Assembly (NCBI GenBank): GCA_963808955.1 | Contig: CAWEHQ010000014.1 | Coordinates: 52,091-116,090 of the forward strand | Source: an uncultured Thermoleophilaceae bacterium | Lineage (GTDB): Bacteria; Actinomycetota; Thermoleophilia; Solirubrobacterales; Thermoleophilaceae | Direction: 5' to 3' | Length of the DNA: 64,000 nucleotides | In this document: positions 1 to 11,196 of the stretch, piece after piece | How the letters are laid out: every line of letters begins with the position of its first letter | Numbering within the stretch: the first letter of the stretch is position 1 | Translations under genes and position numbers: made by a program | Notes under the pieces: generated by a model | What the model saw: only the letters and a program-made list of their open reading frames with translations | The model's database searches: none | Told to the model about the DNA's origin: nothing

Positions 1-49
1 CGACCTCGAGCTTGGGAAGCTCGCGCTCTACCAGCTGAGCTACGTCCGC
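1..49 (-). tRNA. tRNA-Gly (anticodon CCC), 5' portion only; T-arm and 3' end lie beyond the window start
   Basis: The reverse complement of 1-49 reads GCGGACG-TA-GCTC-AGCTGGTA-GAGC-G-CGAGC-TTCCCAA-GCTCG-AGGTC-G. This gives a canonical acceptor stem, D-arm and anticodon arm with CCC at positions 34-36. Confidence 0.85.
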
Positions 50-106
50 GTGGCGTGAGCAGTCTACTGCCGGTCGGGCAGCCGGCACTACCCTTCGGGG
101 CGGCCC

Positions 107-652
107 GTGAAGCCCCGATCTGCCCTCGCCGGACGCCTCTCACGCGTGGTACTCGTAGCGGCCATGGCGCTGCTCGCCGCGCCCGCTGCCGCGCTCGCGC
201 AGTGTCCTCAGACGAGCCTCGGCGAGATCGAGAGCGAGGTCATGTGCCCGGTCTGCGGCACCCCCCTCTCGCTCGCGACCGAGGCACCGCAGGCGCAGGA
301 GCAGCGCGAGTTCATCACCGAGCGGATCGAGCGCTGCGAGTCGGAGGACGAGATCAAGGCCGCGCTGGTGGCCGAGTTCGGCGAGGGGGTGTTGGCGACC
401 CCGGGCGACGACGGCTTCGACCTCGCCGCGTACGTCCTACCGGGGCTCGCGCTGCTGGCAGGCGCCGGCGGCATCGCGCTAGCGACGGTTCGCTGGCGGC
501 GCGCCCGGGCCGCGGCTCCGGCCACAGAGTCCCCGGACCCCCGGACCGCGGTGGGTCGAGCACCGACTCCGAACGCCTCGCCGCCGATCTCGAGCGTTAC
601 GACCTCTGACGCACCGGCGTGGCGCCAGGTGCCGGCATTCCGGCGGGCGTGA
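107..652 (+). CDS. ccmH: cytochrome c-type biogenesis protein, CcmH/NrfF family
   Basis: Signal-like N-terminus, then VMCPVCGTPLSLATEAPQAQEQREFITERI (the CxxC motif region of CcmH) and a C-terminal TM helix. The tail after about 535 looks out of frame. The 55..609 frame ends in the protein-like DSERLAADLERYDL, so the true stop may be 609 after an indel in a C-run. Confidence 0.75.
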   Translation: MKPRSALAGRLSRVVLVAAMALLAAPAAALAQCPQTSLGEIESEVMCPVCGTPLSLATEAPQAQEQREFITERIERCESEDEIKAALVAEFGEGVLATPGDDGFDLAAYVLPGLALLAGAGGIALATVRWRRARAAAPATESPDPRTAVGRAPTPNASPPISSVTTSDAPAWRQVPAFRRA

Positions 653-830
653 CCACCTCCCGTCGCGTGCCTGGGCGAAATAACAAGAAAGTTGCCTCGC
701 AGGCAAAGCACGCGCGACGGTTTGCCTCCCGGGCAAGTTTCTTGGAGTAGCTCCCAGGCGCGCGGGAGGGATGTAGGGGCGCCGATCGGTGGGGGCGCCG
801 GGGTCGTGGGAGCGCCCGGGTCGCGCAGCG

Positions 831-2522
831 CTACATGCGCTCCGGCGCAGACACCCCGAGCAGGTCCAGTGACCGGGCGATGACCCGGCCCGTCTGCGCG
901 GTGAGCGCCAGACGGAATCCCTCGTCGCCACCCTCCTCGGCGGCGCCCAGCACCCGGCAGTCGCGGTAGAAGGCGGAGAACTCCTGGGCCACCTCGTGGG
1001 AGTAGGTGGTCAGCCGGTGCGGGGCGCGCCGGGCGGCGGCGACCTCGACCTCCGAGGGCAGCTCGAACAGCCGCCTGACGAGCGCGCGCGCCGACGGATG
1101 GAGCTCCTCCGCGCTGTCGGCCAGCTCGTCCGCAGCGGTGGTGCTCGCGCCCTCCTCCACCCCCTTGCGCAGGATGCTCGCGATCCGGGCGTGCGCGTAC
1201 TGCACGTAGTAGACCGGGTTCTCCTGACTCTGCTCGCGCGCCAGCGCGAGGTCCAGGTCGAGCGCCGTGTCGTGGCTTCGCTGCAGCAGGAAGTAGCGAG
1301 CGGCGTCCACGCCCAGGTCGTCGATCAGGTCGTCGAGCGTCACGAACTCGCCCCTCCGCTTCGACATCTGCGCCCGCTCGCCACCCTCGAACAGGTGTAC
1401 GAGCTGCATGATCTGGATCTCGAGCCGGTCCGGGTCGCCGCCCATCGCCTCCCACGCCGCGCGCAGGCGCCCCACGTAGCCGTGGTGGTCGGCGCCGAGC
1501 ACGTCGATCGCCCGCTCGAACCCGCGGTTGAGCTTGTCGCCGTGGTAGCCGATGTCGGACGCGAAGTAGGTGTGCTCGCCGGAGGCACGCCGGACGACGC
1601 GGTCCTTGTCGTCGCCGAAGGCGGTGGTACGGACCCACAGCGCGTCCTCGGACTCGTACAGCTGCGCCCGCTCCCCGAGCTGTTCGATCTCGCGCGCGAG
1701 CGTGCCGCTCTCGTAGAGGGCGCGCTCCGAGAAGAAGCTGTCGAACCGGACCCGGAAGCGCTCGAGCGTCGCGCGCACGTCGGCCAGCATCAGCTCGACC
1801 CCGCTCACGGCCAGCTCCTCGGGCTCGGCCTCGGCCGCTCCCTCGATCCGGTCCGCCAGCTCCGCCACGTACGGCCCCAGGTAACCGTCCTCGGGGGGCT
1901 CCTCGCCGCGCGCGCGGGCCGCGATCGACTGCGCGAACAGCAGCACCTGCGTGCCGTGGTCGTTCACGTAGTACTCGCGCGTGACGTCGTGGCCCGCGAA
2001 CGACAGGATCCGGCAGAGCGAATCCCCGTAGGCGGCGTGGCGACCGCCGGCCACCGTGATCGGTCCGGTGGGGTTGGCGCTGACGAACTCGACCAGCGCC
2101 CGCTCGGGCGTCGCCACCACCCCCGAGCCGTATCGCTCACCGGCAGCGACCAGCTCGGCGAGTCCCTCCCGATACCAGCGGCTCGACATGGACAGGTTGA
2201 GGAACCCGGGGCCGGCCACCTCGACGCTGGCGAGGCCCTCCCCCAGCTCCTCGTGAAGCTTCTCCCCGAGCCGCTCGGCCGCCGTCGGCGGAGATTCGCG
2301 AAGGATCGGCGCCAGCAGCATGCCGGCGTTCGACGAGTAGTCGCCGAAATCCGGGCGCGGCGGCCGCTCGAGCCGCAGCCCGCTGAGCGTGGCATCCCCC
2401 GCCAGGCTGATCGCGGCGGTGCGTAGCGACGCTCGCAGCCGCCCGAGCGGATCGGGGGCCTCGACCGGGGCGTGCGGCGTGGAGGATCTGGGGGTCATCG
2501 CGGCGTCTCGATCATGGCTCAA
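831..2522 (-). CDS. argS: arginine--tRNA ligase
   Basis: 563-aa ORF with FVSANPTGPITVAGGRHAAYGDS, ADHHGYVGRLRAAW, MSKRRGEFVTLDDL and a DALR-type C-terminus ending APERM. An alternative start is the Met at 2498. Confidence 0.93.
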   Translation of the reverse strand: MSHDRDAAMTPRSSTPHAPVEAPDPLGRLRASLRTAAISLAGDATLSGLRLERPPRPDFGDYSSNAGMLLAPILRESPPTAAERLGEKLHEELGEGLASVEVAGPGFLNLSMSSRWYREGLAELVAAGERYGSGVVATPERALVEFVSANPTGPITVAGGRHAAYGDSLCRILSFAGHDVTREYYVNDHGTQVLLFAQSIAARARGEEPPEDGYLGPYVAELADRIEGAAEAEPEELAVSGVELMLADVRATLERFRVRFDSFFSERALYESGTLAREIEQLGERAQLYESEDALWVRTTAFGDDKDRVVRRASGEHTYFASDIGYHGDKLNRGFERAIDVLGADHHGYVGRLRAAWEAMGGDPDRLEIQIMQLVHLFEGGERAQMSKRRGEFVTLDDLIDDLGVDAARYFLLQRSHDTALDLDLALAREQSQENPVYYVQYAHARIASILRKGVEEGASTTAADELADSAEELHPSARALVRRLFELPSEVEVAAARRAPHRLTTYSHEVAQEFSAFYRDCRVLGAAEEGGDEGFRLALTAQTGRVIARSLDLLGVSAPERM

Positions 2523-2545
2523 TCCGTGAACGTCCGGGTGACCCC

Positions 2546-2953
2546 TCAGTAGTGATAGGGCTCTCCGGCCAGGATCTTGTGCGCGCGGTACAGCTGCTCG
2601 AGCAGTACCACGCGCGCGAGCTGATGCGGAAGCGTGATCGGACCGAACGACAGCCGCAGGTCGCAGCGCGTCAGGTCCAGGCCGCGCGGTCCCCCGACCA
2701 CGAAGCAGAGGTCACGCCTCGACATCTGGCGTTCTTCGAGGAAACGGCTCAGGGCCACCGAGTCGAGCGCCCTGCCGCCGGAGTCGAGCAAGCAGATGAA
2801 GGCGTCCGGCGGAATGCGCCGCTCGACCCGCTCGTCCTCGCGGACCTCGACGAGCTCGAGGCGCGCGTGGCGCGCGAGCATCCGCTGATAGTGCTGGACG
2901 TCGTCGGCGAACGGCGGGCGGACGCGCCCGACTGAGAGGACCAGGGTTCGCAT
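2546..2953 (-). CDS. rlmH: 23S rRNA (pseudouridine1915-N3)-methyltransferase RlmH (SPOUT)
   Basis: 135 aa. Has CFVVGGPRGLD and LSFGPITLPHQLARVVLLEQLYRAHKILAGEPYHY, the typical RlmH C-terminus. Confidence 0.88.
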   Translation of the reverse strand: MRTLVLSVGRVRPPFADDVQHYQRMLARHARLELVEVREDERVERRIPPDAFICLLDSGGRALDSVALSRFLEERQMSRRDLCFVVGGPRGLDLTRCDLRLSFGPITLPHQLARVVLLEQLYRAHKILAGEPYHY

Positions 2954-3003
2954 GCACTCGATCCGGGCGCGTCGGGGCGACCGAGGAGTGCGATACTAGA
3001 CGC

Positions 3004-3312
3004 GTGGCAGAGGAGGGTCGCGAGCGGCAGATCAACATCCACACGTCGCCCGAGGTCATGGCCGGCGTGTACGCGAACTTCGCGAACGTCAGCCACTCCG
3101 ACTACGAGTTCACGGTCACCTTCGCCCGCGTCGACCACGAGGTGGACGAGGAGGAGGTGCCGGGGGTCGTCGTCTCCCGCGTCAACCTGTCCGCCAAGTT
3201 CTTCCGCGAGCTGATCGACGCGATGGAGGACCAGTACTCCAAGTGGCGTGCCGCCGAGGGGATCAGGAGCCTCCCCGAGACGGAGGCCGACCGGAAGCGG
3301 CCGAGCGAGTAG
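3004..3312 (+). CDS. DUF3467 domain-containing protein
   Basis: 102 aa with a GTG start. INIHTSPEVMAGVYANFANVSHSDYEFTVTFARVD matches the DUF3467 signature as I recall it. Confidence 0.7.
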   Translation: MAEEGRERQINIHTSPEVMAGVYANFANVSHSDYEFTVTFARVDHEVDEEEVPGVVVSRVNLSAKFFRELIDAMEDQYSKWRAAEGIRSLPETEADRKRPSE

Positions 3313-3318
3313 CCGGAC

Positions 3319-4585
3319 TCACCGCTTCTCGGCCCAGTCGAGGCCCAGGCCGATCCGGTCGACCGTCGTCGGGTGGGTCCCGAACAGCCCGTGCGATCAG
3401 CGCCGGCGGGTCCGGGTCGGAGACGTTGCGCACCGCAAGCCGCCGCTGCAGCCCGATGAAGGCCGCCGGGTCGCTCGGTCAGGTCGAGCGCGTAGGCGTC
3501 GGCGCGCGCCTCCACCTGCGCGCGACAGCCAGTTCGCGGGGATCTGCACTGCGAACGCGACCACCGCCAGCGACAGCGCCAGCGCGGGCAGCGCCGCGGG
3601 TGCGCCCGCGCACCGCGGCATCGCCCGGTCCGGCCGCGAGCGGCGATCATCGCTCGGTGAGCCGCTGCACCAGCCAGCGTCCGAGCGAGCGCCACGATCG
3701 CGAGCCACAGCGAGGCCCCGCGGCAGGTCGCGATACCGGACGTGGCCGAGCTCGTGGGCGACGACCGAGCGGACCTGCTCCTGCGGCAAGTCCTCGATCA
3801 GGTTGTCGTAGAGCACAACCCGCTTGGTCTCGCCCGAGGCCGCCCACGTAGGCGTTGGACGCCGGTCGTGCGGCGGCTGGCGTCGACGCGGTAGACCTCG
3901 CCGACGTCGACGTCCGCCCGCTCGGCCAGCTCGAGCACCGCGGCGCGCAGCTCGCCCTCGGGCAGCGGCTCGAAGCGGTTGAACAGCGGGTCGAGCACGA
4001 TCGGCGACAGGTAGGTGACCAGCACGCCGAAGGCGACGACCGCGGCCGCCGGCCGGCGTCCACCAGCCGCGCGGGAAGCGCCGGATGAGCGCGACCAGCG
4101 ACGAGCCGCGCCAGCGGCGCCGAAGGCGACGCTCGACCGCCGCCGACTTCCCGACGTCCGACAGCCAGCTCGCCCAGGCCTGCGTGGAGAGCCCCACGTC
4201 GACCGCGCGGTCGTCGCCCCGCCGCCCGAACGGCAGCGCCACCACGGTCAGGACGAGCACGATCGAGGCCCCCACGGCCGCCCCGCCGGCCAGCGGCCGG
4301 GCCTCGACGCGGCCGCACAGGCGCGCGAAGGGCCGCGGCGGCCTGAGGCGCCAGGGCCCCCAGCGGCGAGGCCCGACGCAGCCACGCCGCCGAGCGCCAG
4401 AAGCCGCTGCGGCCCGCGGTAGTCCTCGCGCCCGGTCGAGCTGCTCGGCCGCTGAAGTAGGCTCTCGGGTCGACGGCGGCCGGCTCGATGAGCCCTCCGC
4501 GCGGCCGGAGGACGAGCGTCGCGACCCCCGCCGCGGCCACCGCCAGGGCCACCGCCAGCGGCAGCCGAAAGCGATGACCGCCCAT
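3319..4585 (-). pseudogene. M48 family (Ste24/HtpX-like) zinc metallopeptidase, frame-disrupted as sequenced (at least 3 shifts)
   Basis: Pieces lie in three frames: the N-terminal TM region MGGHRFRLPLAVALAVAAAG; LDPLFNRFEPLPEGELRAAVLELAERADVDVGEVYRVDASRRTTG; NAYVGGLG; KRVVLYDNLIEDLPQEQVRSVVAHELGHV (HExxH); VEARADAYALDLTERP; and a hand-translated tail GLQRRLAVRNVSDPDPP...THPTTVDRIGLGLDWAEKR with its stop at 3319. Confidence 0.8.
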
Positions 4586-5380
4586 TCCGAGGACACTGTA
4601 GAGAGCGCCGAGACAGCGCCCGAATGCGATGCGGCGGCACCGCCGCGCCGCGTCGCCCTGCTCTCGGACATCCACGGAAACCTGCCCGCCTTCGAGGCGG
4701 TCCTCGCCGACATCGAGGCCTCGGACGCGGAGCGGACCTGGTGCCTCGGAGACCTGGTCGGCTACGGCGCGCAGCCCGACGAGTGCGTCGCGCTCGCGCG
4801 CGAGCGGTGCGATGTCTGCCTGATCGGAAACCACGACCTCGTGGTGCTCGGCCGAGCTCGACATCGCCGACTTCTCGGCCGGCGCCGCCGCGGCCGCCCG
4901 CTGGACCCGGGACCGACTCGCGTCGGACGCCGCGCGATTTCCTCGGAGACCTCGCCGCCGCAGCGACCGGCGGCGCGGTCGGGCTCTTCCACGCCAGCCC
5001 GCGCGACCCGGTGTGGGAGTACGTGCTCTCGAACGACGCGGCCGACGCGTCGATGGAGCGTCATGGAGGCCCGCATCGGGCGCGTCGGGCACTCGCACGT
5101 CGCCCTCTGCTTCTGCCGCCGCGATGGTGGGCACGCGGCCGGCGAGGTCGCCCCCGCCGGGACCACGGCCGACCTATCGGAGGGCGCGTGGCTGCTCAAC
5201 CCCGGTGCGGTCGGCCAGCCGCGCGACGGCGACCCACGGGCGGCGTGGCTCGTGCTCGACCTCGAGCGTCTGACGGCGACGTGGCGCCGGGTCGATTACC
5301 CGATCGATACGGCCGCCGACGCCATTCGCGAGGCGGGCCTACCCGCCATGCTGGCCGACCGGCTTTACTACGGGCAGTGA
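4574..5380 (+). pseudogene. metallophosphoesterase (YfcE/MJ0936-like), frame-disrupted as sequenced (2 shifts near 4855 and 5045)
   Basis: VALLSDIHGNLPAFEAVLADI, WCLGDLVGYGAQPDECV and CLIGNHDL are in one frame. GLFHASPRDPVWEYV is in a second frame. GHSHVAL...LLNPGAVGQPRDGDPRAAWLVLD is back in the first. The start is uncertain; ATG 4574 is the nearest in-frame Met. Confidence 0.78.
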
Positions 5381-5960
5381 TGATCGCTCCGCGCCTGCGA
5401 CATGTGTCACTTGCCCTCGTCCCCGCGCTCGCGGCGACCGCCGCCGGCTGCGGCGGGGGCGAGGAGTCGGGCGTGCTCTCGAGCCAGACCCGCGCCGACA
5501 CGCTGCTCGAGCTTCTCGACGACGCCGAGCAGCAGTTCGAGGACGGGGAGTGCGACGCGCTCGAGGACGAGACGCTCCCGGCGCTCGAGGAGGAGGTCGT
5601 CGGCGTCTCGAACGAGGTCGACGAGAGCTTCCGCGCCGCGCTCGACGAGGAAACGCAGGCGCTGCAGGACCTTGCGAGCGACTGCCAGCCGGAGGAAGAG
5701 GAGACGACGGTTGCCCCGACGACCGTCCCGCCGGCCACCACGGCCCCGCCGACCGTTACCGAGACGGCTCCACCGACCACGACGGAGGAGGAGACGACGA
5801 CCGAGGAGGCGCCTCCGCCGGAGGAAGAGAGCGACGAGGGGGAGAATTCCGATTCGGGCTCGGGGTCGGGCGGAGTGGTTCCCCCGTCCGGTGAGTCCGG
5901 CGGCACGCCTCCCAGCGGATCCGGGAGCGACGTGGCCGACTCAGGCGAGGGGAGCGGGTC

Positions 5961-5964
<4 letters not shown>
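5380..5964 (+). CDS. lipoprotein with an acidic, Thr/Pro/Glu-rich low-complexity C-terminal half
   Basis: MIAPRLRHVSLALVPALAATAAGCGGGE gives a signal peptide plus a lipobox Cys. The ATG overlaps the upstream stop (gTGATGa), and its stop overlaps the kinase GTG start (GTGA). Confidence 0.7.
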
Positions 5965-7145
<1,181 letters not shown>

Positions 7146-7164
7146 CCGACGGGACGTTCGCCGT

Positions 7165-8361
7165 CTACGCCTGGGAGTACGGGACCTCGCCGCGCTGGAG
7201 GCCGGAATCGAGCTCGTCGAGCGTGCCGGCGCGGATGGCGAGCCGGACCCGCTCGAGCAGCTTGGCCATGAATGTGAGGTTGTGGAGCGTCACGAGCCGC
7301 GCGCCGGTGAGCTCCTTCGACCGCGTCAGGTGGTGGAGGTAGGCGCGGGTGTGGTGCGTGCAAGCGTCGCAGGGGCAACCGACGGCGATCGGCTCGCGGC
7401 TCTCGGCCGATTCCGGGTTCTTGAGGTCCAGCCTGAACCGCGCCTCCGGCGCCGGCACCAGTGCCGTACCGTGGCGGGCCAGACGAGTCGGGGTGGCGCA
7501 GTCGAACGTGTCGATCCCGGCACGAACGCCCATCACGATGTCGTCGGGATCGCCGATCCCGAGGAGGTGCCGCGGACGGTCCTCGGGCAGCGGACCGACC
7601 GACCAGTCCACGACCTCCTTCATCTGCTCCTTGTCCTGCCCCAGCGTGCCCCCGATCGCGATCCCGTCCACGCGCCGTGCCGCCACCGCCTCGGCGGACT
7701 TACGACGGAGATCGTGATGTGTGCCCCCCTGGACGATGCCGAACAGCAGGCGGCGTTCCCGGTCGTGCCGCTCGCGCCAGTCCATGCAGCGGTCGAGCCA
7801 GCGATGTGTGCGCTCCATCGACCGCTCGGTGTAGTCGCGCGACGCGTGGAAGGGTGTGCACTCGTCGAAGGCGAGCGCCACGTCGGTTCCGAGTGCGGCC
7901 TGGACCTCCATCGAGGTCTCGGGGCCCATGAAGCGCTCGGCGCCGTCGACGTACGAGCGGAAGCGGACCCCCTCCTCGTCGATGGCGAGGATCCGGCCCT
8001 CGCTCTGGCGCCTGCCGCCGCGCCGCTTGACCTCCTCCGCCACCGTGCCATGACCCATCGAGAAGACCTGGAAGCCGCCGGAGTCGGTCACGATCGGGCG
8101 CCGCCAGCCCATGAACTCGTGCAGACCGCCGAGCCGCTCGATCCGCGCGTGACCCGGGCGGAGGAACAGGTGGAAGGTGTTGCCGAGCACCATCTCGAAG
8201 CCGATCGCCTCGACCTCGGATGCATGCAGAGACTTGACCGTGGCGGTGGACGCGAGCGGCACGAACGCCGGCGTCCCGACGTCGCCGTGCGCCGTACGCA
8301 GGACGCCCGCGCGGGCCCGGCCCACGCGGGCGTCGATCTCGAAGGCCGGACCCGCCGTCAC
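7165..8361 (-). CDS. tgt: tRNA-guanine transglycosylase (queuine tRNA-ribosyltransferase)
   Basis: 398 aa. Has TPAFVPLASTATVKSL, VTDSGGFQVFS, AFDECTP, GIAIGGTLG and the zinc motif CPCDACTHHTRAYLHHL. Confidence 0.92.
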   Translation of the reverse strand: MTAGPAFEIDARVGRARAGVLRTAHGDVGTPAFVPLASTATVKSLHASEVEAIGFEMVLGNTFHLFLRPGHARIERLGGLHEFMGWRRPIVTDSGGFQVFSMGHGTVAEEVKRRGGRRQSEGRILAIDEEGVRFRSYVDGAERFMGPETSMEVQAALGTDVALAFDECTPFHASRDYTERSMERTHRWLDRCMDWRERHDRERRLLFGIVQGGTHHDLRRKSAEAVAARRVDGIAIGGTLGQDKEQMKEVVDWSVGPLPEDRPRHLLGIGDPDDIVMGVRAGIDTFDCATPTRLARHGTALVPAPEARFRLDLKNPESAESREPIAVGCPCDACTHHTRAYLHHLTRSKELTGARLVTLHNLTFMAKLLERVRLAIRAGTLDELDSGLQRGEVPYSQA

Positions 8362-8387
8362 CGGCAGGCCAGCCTAGTCACGATGAG

Positions 8388-8858
8388 TTACCTCTCGGTG
8401 TTCTCGGTCGCGGTGCCCTCCACCGCAGCCGACCCGCCGGACTGGATTTGGACCCGGCGCGGCTGGCGCTCCTCGGGCTTGGGAATCCGCACCTCGAGCA
8501 CGCCCTTGTCGAAGCTCGCCGCGATCGCGTCCGCGTCCACGCCGTCCGGGAGCGAGAGCGAGCGGCTGAAGCTTCCGAACGAACGCTCCATCCGATACCA
8601 GCCGCGCTCCTTCTGCTCGTGCTCCGCCTCGCGCCTGCCCGAGATGCGCAGCGTGTTGTCGTGCACCTCGATCTGCACGTCCTCCTCGGCCAGGCCGGGA
8701 AGATCGGCCCTGAGCAGGAAGTGGTCCTCGCCCTCGACGAGGTCCATGGCCGGGCTCCAGCGCTGGAGCGCGTTGCCGTTCTCGCCCCCGCCGAGAAGCG
8801 TGTTGAACAGCCGGCTGACCTCCGTCGAGAAGGGGTCCGGCCTCATCAGCAGCGTCAT
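8388..8858 (-). CDS. Hsp20/alpha-crystallin family small heat-shock protein
   Basis: 156 aa. Has WSPAMDLVEGEDHFLLRADLPGLAEEDVQIEV and FSRSLSLPDGVDADAIAASFDKGVLEVRIPK. Confidence 0.9.
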   Translation of the reverse strand: MTLLMRPDPFSTEVSRLFNTLLGGGENGNALQRWSPAMDLVEGEDHFLLRADLPGLAEEDVQIEVHDNTLRISGRREAEHEQKERGWYRMERSFGSFSRSLSLPDGVDADAIAASFDKGVLEVRIPKPEERQPRRVQIQSGGSAAVEGTATENTER

Positions 8859-8935
8859 TTATGTCACCTCCCTATCGTCTCGCGTCGGCCGGCCGTTCGT
8901 GCCGGCTCGAACGTGGCTACTTCCGTCGCCAAGAG

Positions 8936-8970
8936 ATAAAACCTGAGTGGTGAAATATGTCAAGTTTTAT
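8936..8970. promoter_or_regulatory. AT-rich imperfect inverted repeat about 80-110 nt upstream of hsp20 (candidate heat-shock operator or promoter region)
   Basis: ATAAAAC-N21-GTTTTAT lies within the only clearly AT-rich stretch of this neighbourhood. On the hsp20 strand it reads CTTGACA-N9-ACTCAGG, which is reminiscent of the HAIR consensus CTTGAGT-N7-ACTCAAG but not identical to it. Confidence 0.3.
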
Positions 8971-9026
8971 GGGCGATAAGCACCAGACGCAGCGTCGGTA
9001 GGCAGGGCGGCAGCGCGCGGCGATTC

Positions 9027-9631
9027 GTGGCTCCCGACGTCGTGGACCTGGGCTGCGGGAAGGGACAGGCGCTGCTGCTCGCAGCCGGGCTGCCCTTCGG
9101 GAGGGCAATCGGCGTCGAGCTGGTCGAGGACCTCGGCGCACGGCCGCAGCGAACGTCCGGAACGCTTCGCCGCGGCTGAAGGCGCGTAGCGTCGAGACCG
9201 TCACGGCCGACGTCCTCGAATGGCCGGTCCCCGAAGATCTCTCCGTCGTGTTCATGTACTCCCCCGTCACCGGGGATGTCTTCCACGCGACGATGGAGCG
9301 GGTGTTCGCTTCCTTCGATCGCCGGCCGCGGCCGCTGCGCCTCATCTATGCCTTTCCCTGGGAGCACAACTGGTTGATTCGAAGCGGCCGGGTGGTCGTC
9401 GAGGATGTCCGGCCGGCGTGGTGGCCCGCGGAGCCCTGGTGGTGGCGCACGGCCTGGGTGATCGTGACCTACCGCATCATCGAGCGGGGCGCGCCCACGC
9501 CTCCAGCGCCGTCGCTCCCCCGTCGCCTGTTCCGGCCGCAGCGCGCGATCGACCGCTGGCGGGGACCGAACGACCAGCACTTCGCGCTGAAGGTGCCCGA
9601 AGCCATGCTCAAGCAACGGGGACCCGCGTGA
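9027..9631 (+). pseudogene. class I SAM-dependent methyltransferase remnant (N-terminally truncated, one frameshift near 9120)
   Basis: Motif I VVDLGCGKGQALLLAAGLPFGRAIGVELVEDL in one frame continues as ARTAAANVRNAS...VTADVLEWPVPEDLSVVFMYSPV in the 9248..9631 frame. There is an in-frame stop about 30 codons upstream of motif I, so no normal N-terminus is present. Confidence 0.6.
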
Positions 9632-9693
9632 GACCGTCGACCGTCCAGGGGGCGTGGGTCGAGCCGACGAGAGCGGGCAAGTTCGTCGCATTC

Positions 9694-11196
9694 ATGAGCA
9701 ACCTGCGGAGCATGAAGGAGCGGCTCGGGGCCGCAGGGATAGCCGAGCTGATCGCCGCACGAGCCCTCCCGCAGACGCTGGCGTACACGCGGGTGGTAGT
9801 CGCGTTGCACCGCGCACAACGCCCGGTCGGGGTGCCGCGCTCGGATGTCGTGGTGCACCGCGTGGGGCGAGTCGACGCCCGGGTGCGCGACCTCGTCGCT
9901 CGTCTCGCCGCCGCCGAGGAGCCCGGACTACCGGTCCCATCGTCGTCCGGGCTGGAGGAGCGCTTCGCCCGCGGCGAGGAAGCCTGGGTCGGCGAGGTGG
10001 ACGGACGGCCGGTGCACGGGTGGTTCGTCGGGCGCGACGAGTTCCGCTTCGCGGGAGTGGGCTTCCCCCTGAACGACGACGAACGGGAGTCGAACCTCGC
10101 CTTCACCCTGCCCGGTCATCGGGGACGCGGGATCGGCCGGGCGGTGGAGCACGCGGTCTCGGAATCCCTGATCGGGGATGGTGTGACCACGATGTTCGGC
10201 GCGATCCTTGCCTTCAGCCGGCGCCGGCTGGCCGACGAGCTGGGGCGTCCCGGTACCCACCGCATGGCGACCGCGCACACCGTCACCGTGGCCGGCCGGC
10301 GATGGACTCGCATCGATCCGTCCAGCCCGCCCCACGAGCGGTTGCTCGAGCAGCGCGGGCTCCGCACCGGTCGCTGGACCCGCGAGCCGCAGCGCCCCTC
10401 TCTAGCAAGCCGCTGGGATGGCGCCGCCAGCAGCGTCGCCGGTCGACCGTACCTCGACCCCCAGATGGGGCTCGTGAAGCGCCGTGCCCACCTCGACCTG
10501 GTCGATCGATGGCTGCCGGACCTTGGTGAACGGACGGTGCTCAAGACCGATCTGTGGGAAGAGGGGGTCGCCGGCGACGAGCTGCTGTTCACGCTGGCCA
10601 GGCGGGCGCGGTCCACATGCGGGATCGACGTCTCGCCCACGATCGTCGAGGCGGCTTCGCAGGCCGCCGCGCGCGCCGGGGTCGATCCCCGGCTCGTCAG
10701 CGCCGACCTCGGCGAGCTGCCGATCGAGGACGGGGCGGTCGACGCCGTGCTGTCGACGTCCACCATCGATCACCTCGAGGAGTCGGAGCGGCTGGCAGCG
10801 CTCAGGGAGGTTCGGCGTGTCCTTGCGCCGGGCGGGGTCGTCGTGATCACCTGCGACAACGCGAGCAACGTCGGTGAGCCTCTGCTGCGGCTGGCCGCCC
10901 GGCTCGGATTGGTCCCGTTCCCGCTGGGGCCCGGCGCCACCCTGGACGGCCTGCGTCAGCTGCTTCGCCGCGCCGGCTTCGACGACGGGGAGCACGCCTA
11001 CCTGGTGCACGGGCCGCGCGTCGTGACAACCCTGCTGTCTCGAGCGATGCGGCGTCTGGGAGGGCCCCACGCGGACGACGGCGTGGCGCGGCTCCTCCGG
11101 CTGCTCGATGCCGCCGGCAGCAGGGCACCTCGCAGGATGGCTGCATTCGTGGCGGTCCGGGCGACACTGCCGGAGCGGAACGGTGCGGGCGCATAG
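9694..11196 (+). CDS. fusion protein: N-terminal GNAT-like acyltransferase module (paralog 1) plus C-terminal class I SAM-dependent methyltransferase
   Basis: N-terminus MSNLRSMKERLGAAGIAELIAARALPQTLAY and GNAT motif A PGHRGRGIGRAVEHAV. C-terminal half has TVLKTDLWEEGV, DAVLSTSTIDHLEE and RVLAPGGVVVITCDN (MT11-like). No stop separates the two halves. Confidence 0.7.
   Translation: MSNLRSMKERLGAAGIAELIAARALPQTLAYTRVVVALHRAQRPVGVPRSDVVVHRVGRVDARVRDLVARLAAAEEPGLPVPSSSGLEERFARGEEAWVGEVDGRPVHGWFVGRDEFRFAGVGFPLNDDERESNLAFTLPGHRGRGIGRAVEHAVSESLIGDGVTTMFGAILAFSRRRLADELGRPGTHRMATAHTVTVAGRRWTRIDPSSPPHERLLEQRGLRTGRWTREPQRPSLASRWDGAASSVAGRPYLDPQMGLVKRRAHLDLVDRWLPDLGERTVLKTDLWEEGVAGDELLFTLARRARSTCGIDVSPTIVEAASQAAARAGVDPRLVSADLGELPIEDGAVDAVLSTSTIDHLEESERLAALREVRRVLAPGGVVVITCDNASNVGEPLLRLAARLGLVPFPLGPGATLDGLRQLLRRAGFDDGEHAYLVHGPRVVTTLLSRAMRRLGGPHADDGVARLLRLLDAAGSRAPRRMAAFVAVRATLPERNGAGA

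Noticed and set aside
208-2426. Long ORFs 208..1638 (-) and 996..2426 (+), each 476 aa, overlapping argS. Similar Arg/Pro/Gly-rich giants occur elsewhere (5196..6938, 5402..7342, 15543..17630, 38827..40332, 47481..49430, 33691..35199).
   Set aside because: They are antisense to, or out of frame with, strongly supported genes. Their composition is Arg/Pro/Gly/Ala-dominated low complexity, typical of stop-poor alternative frames in ~70% GC DNA, and they contain no recognisable motifs.
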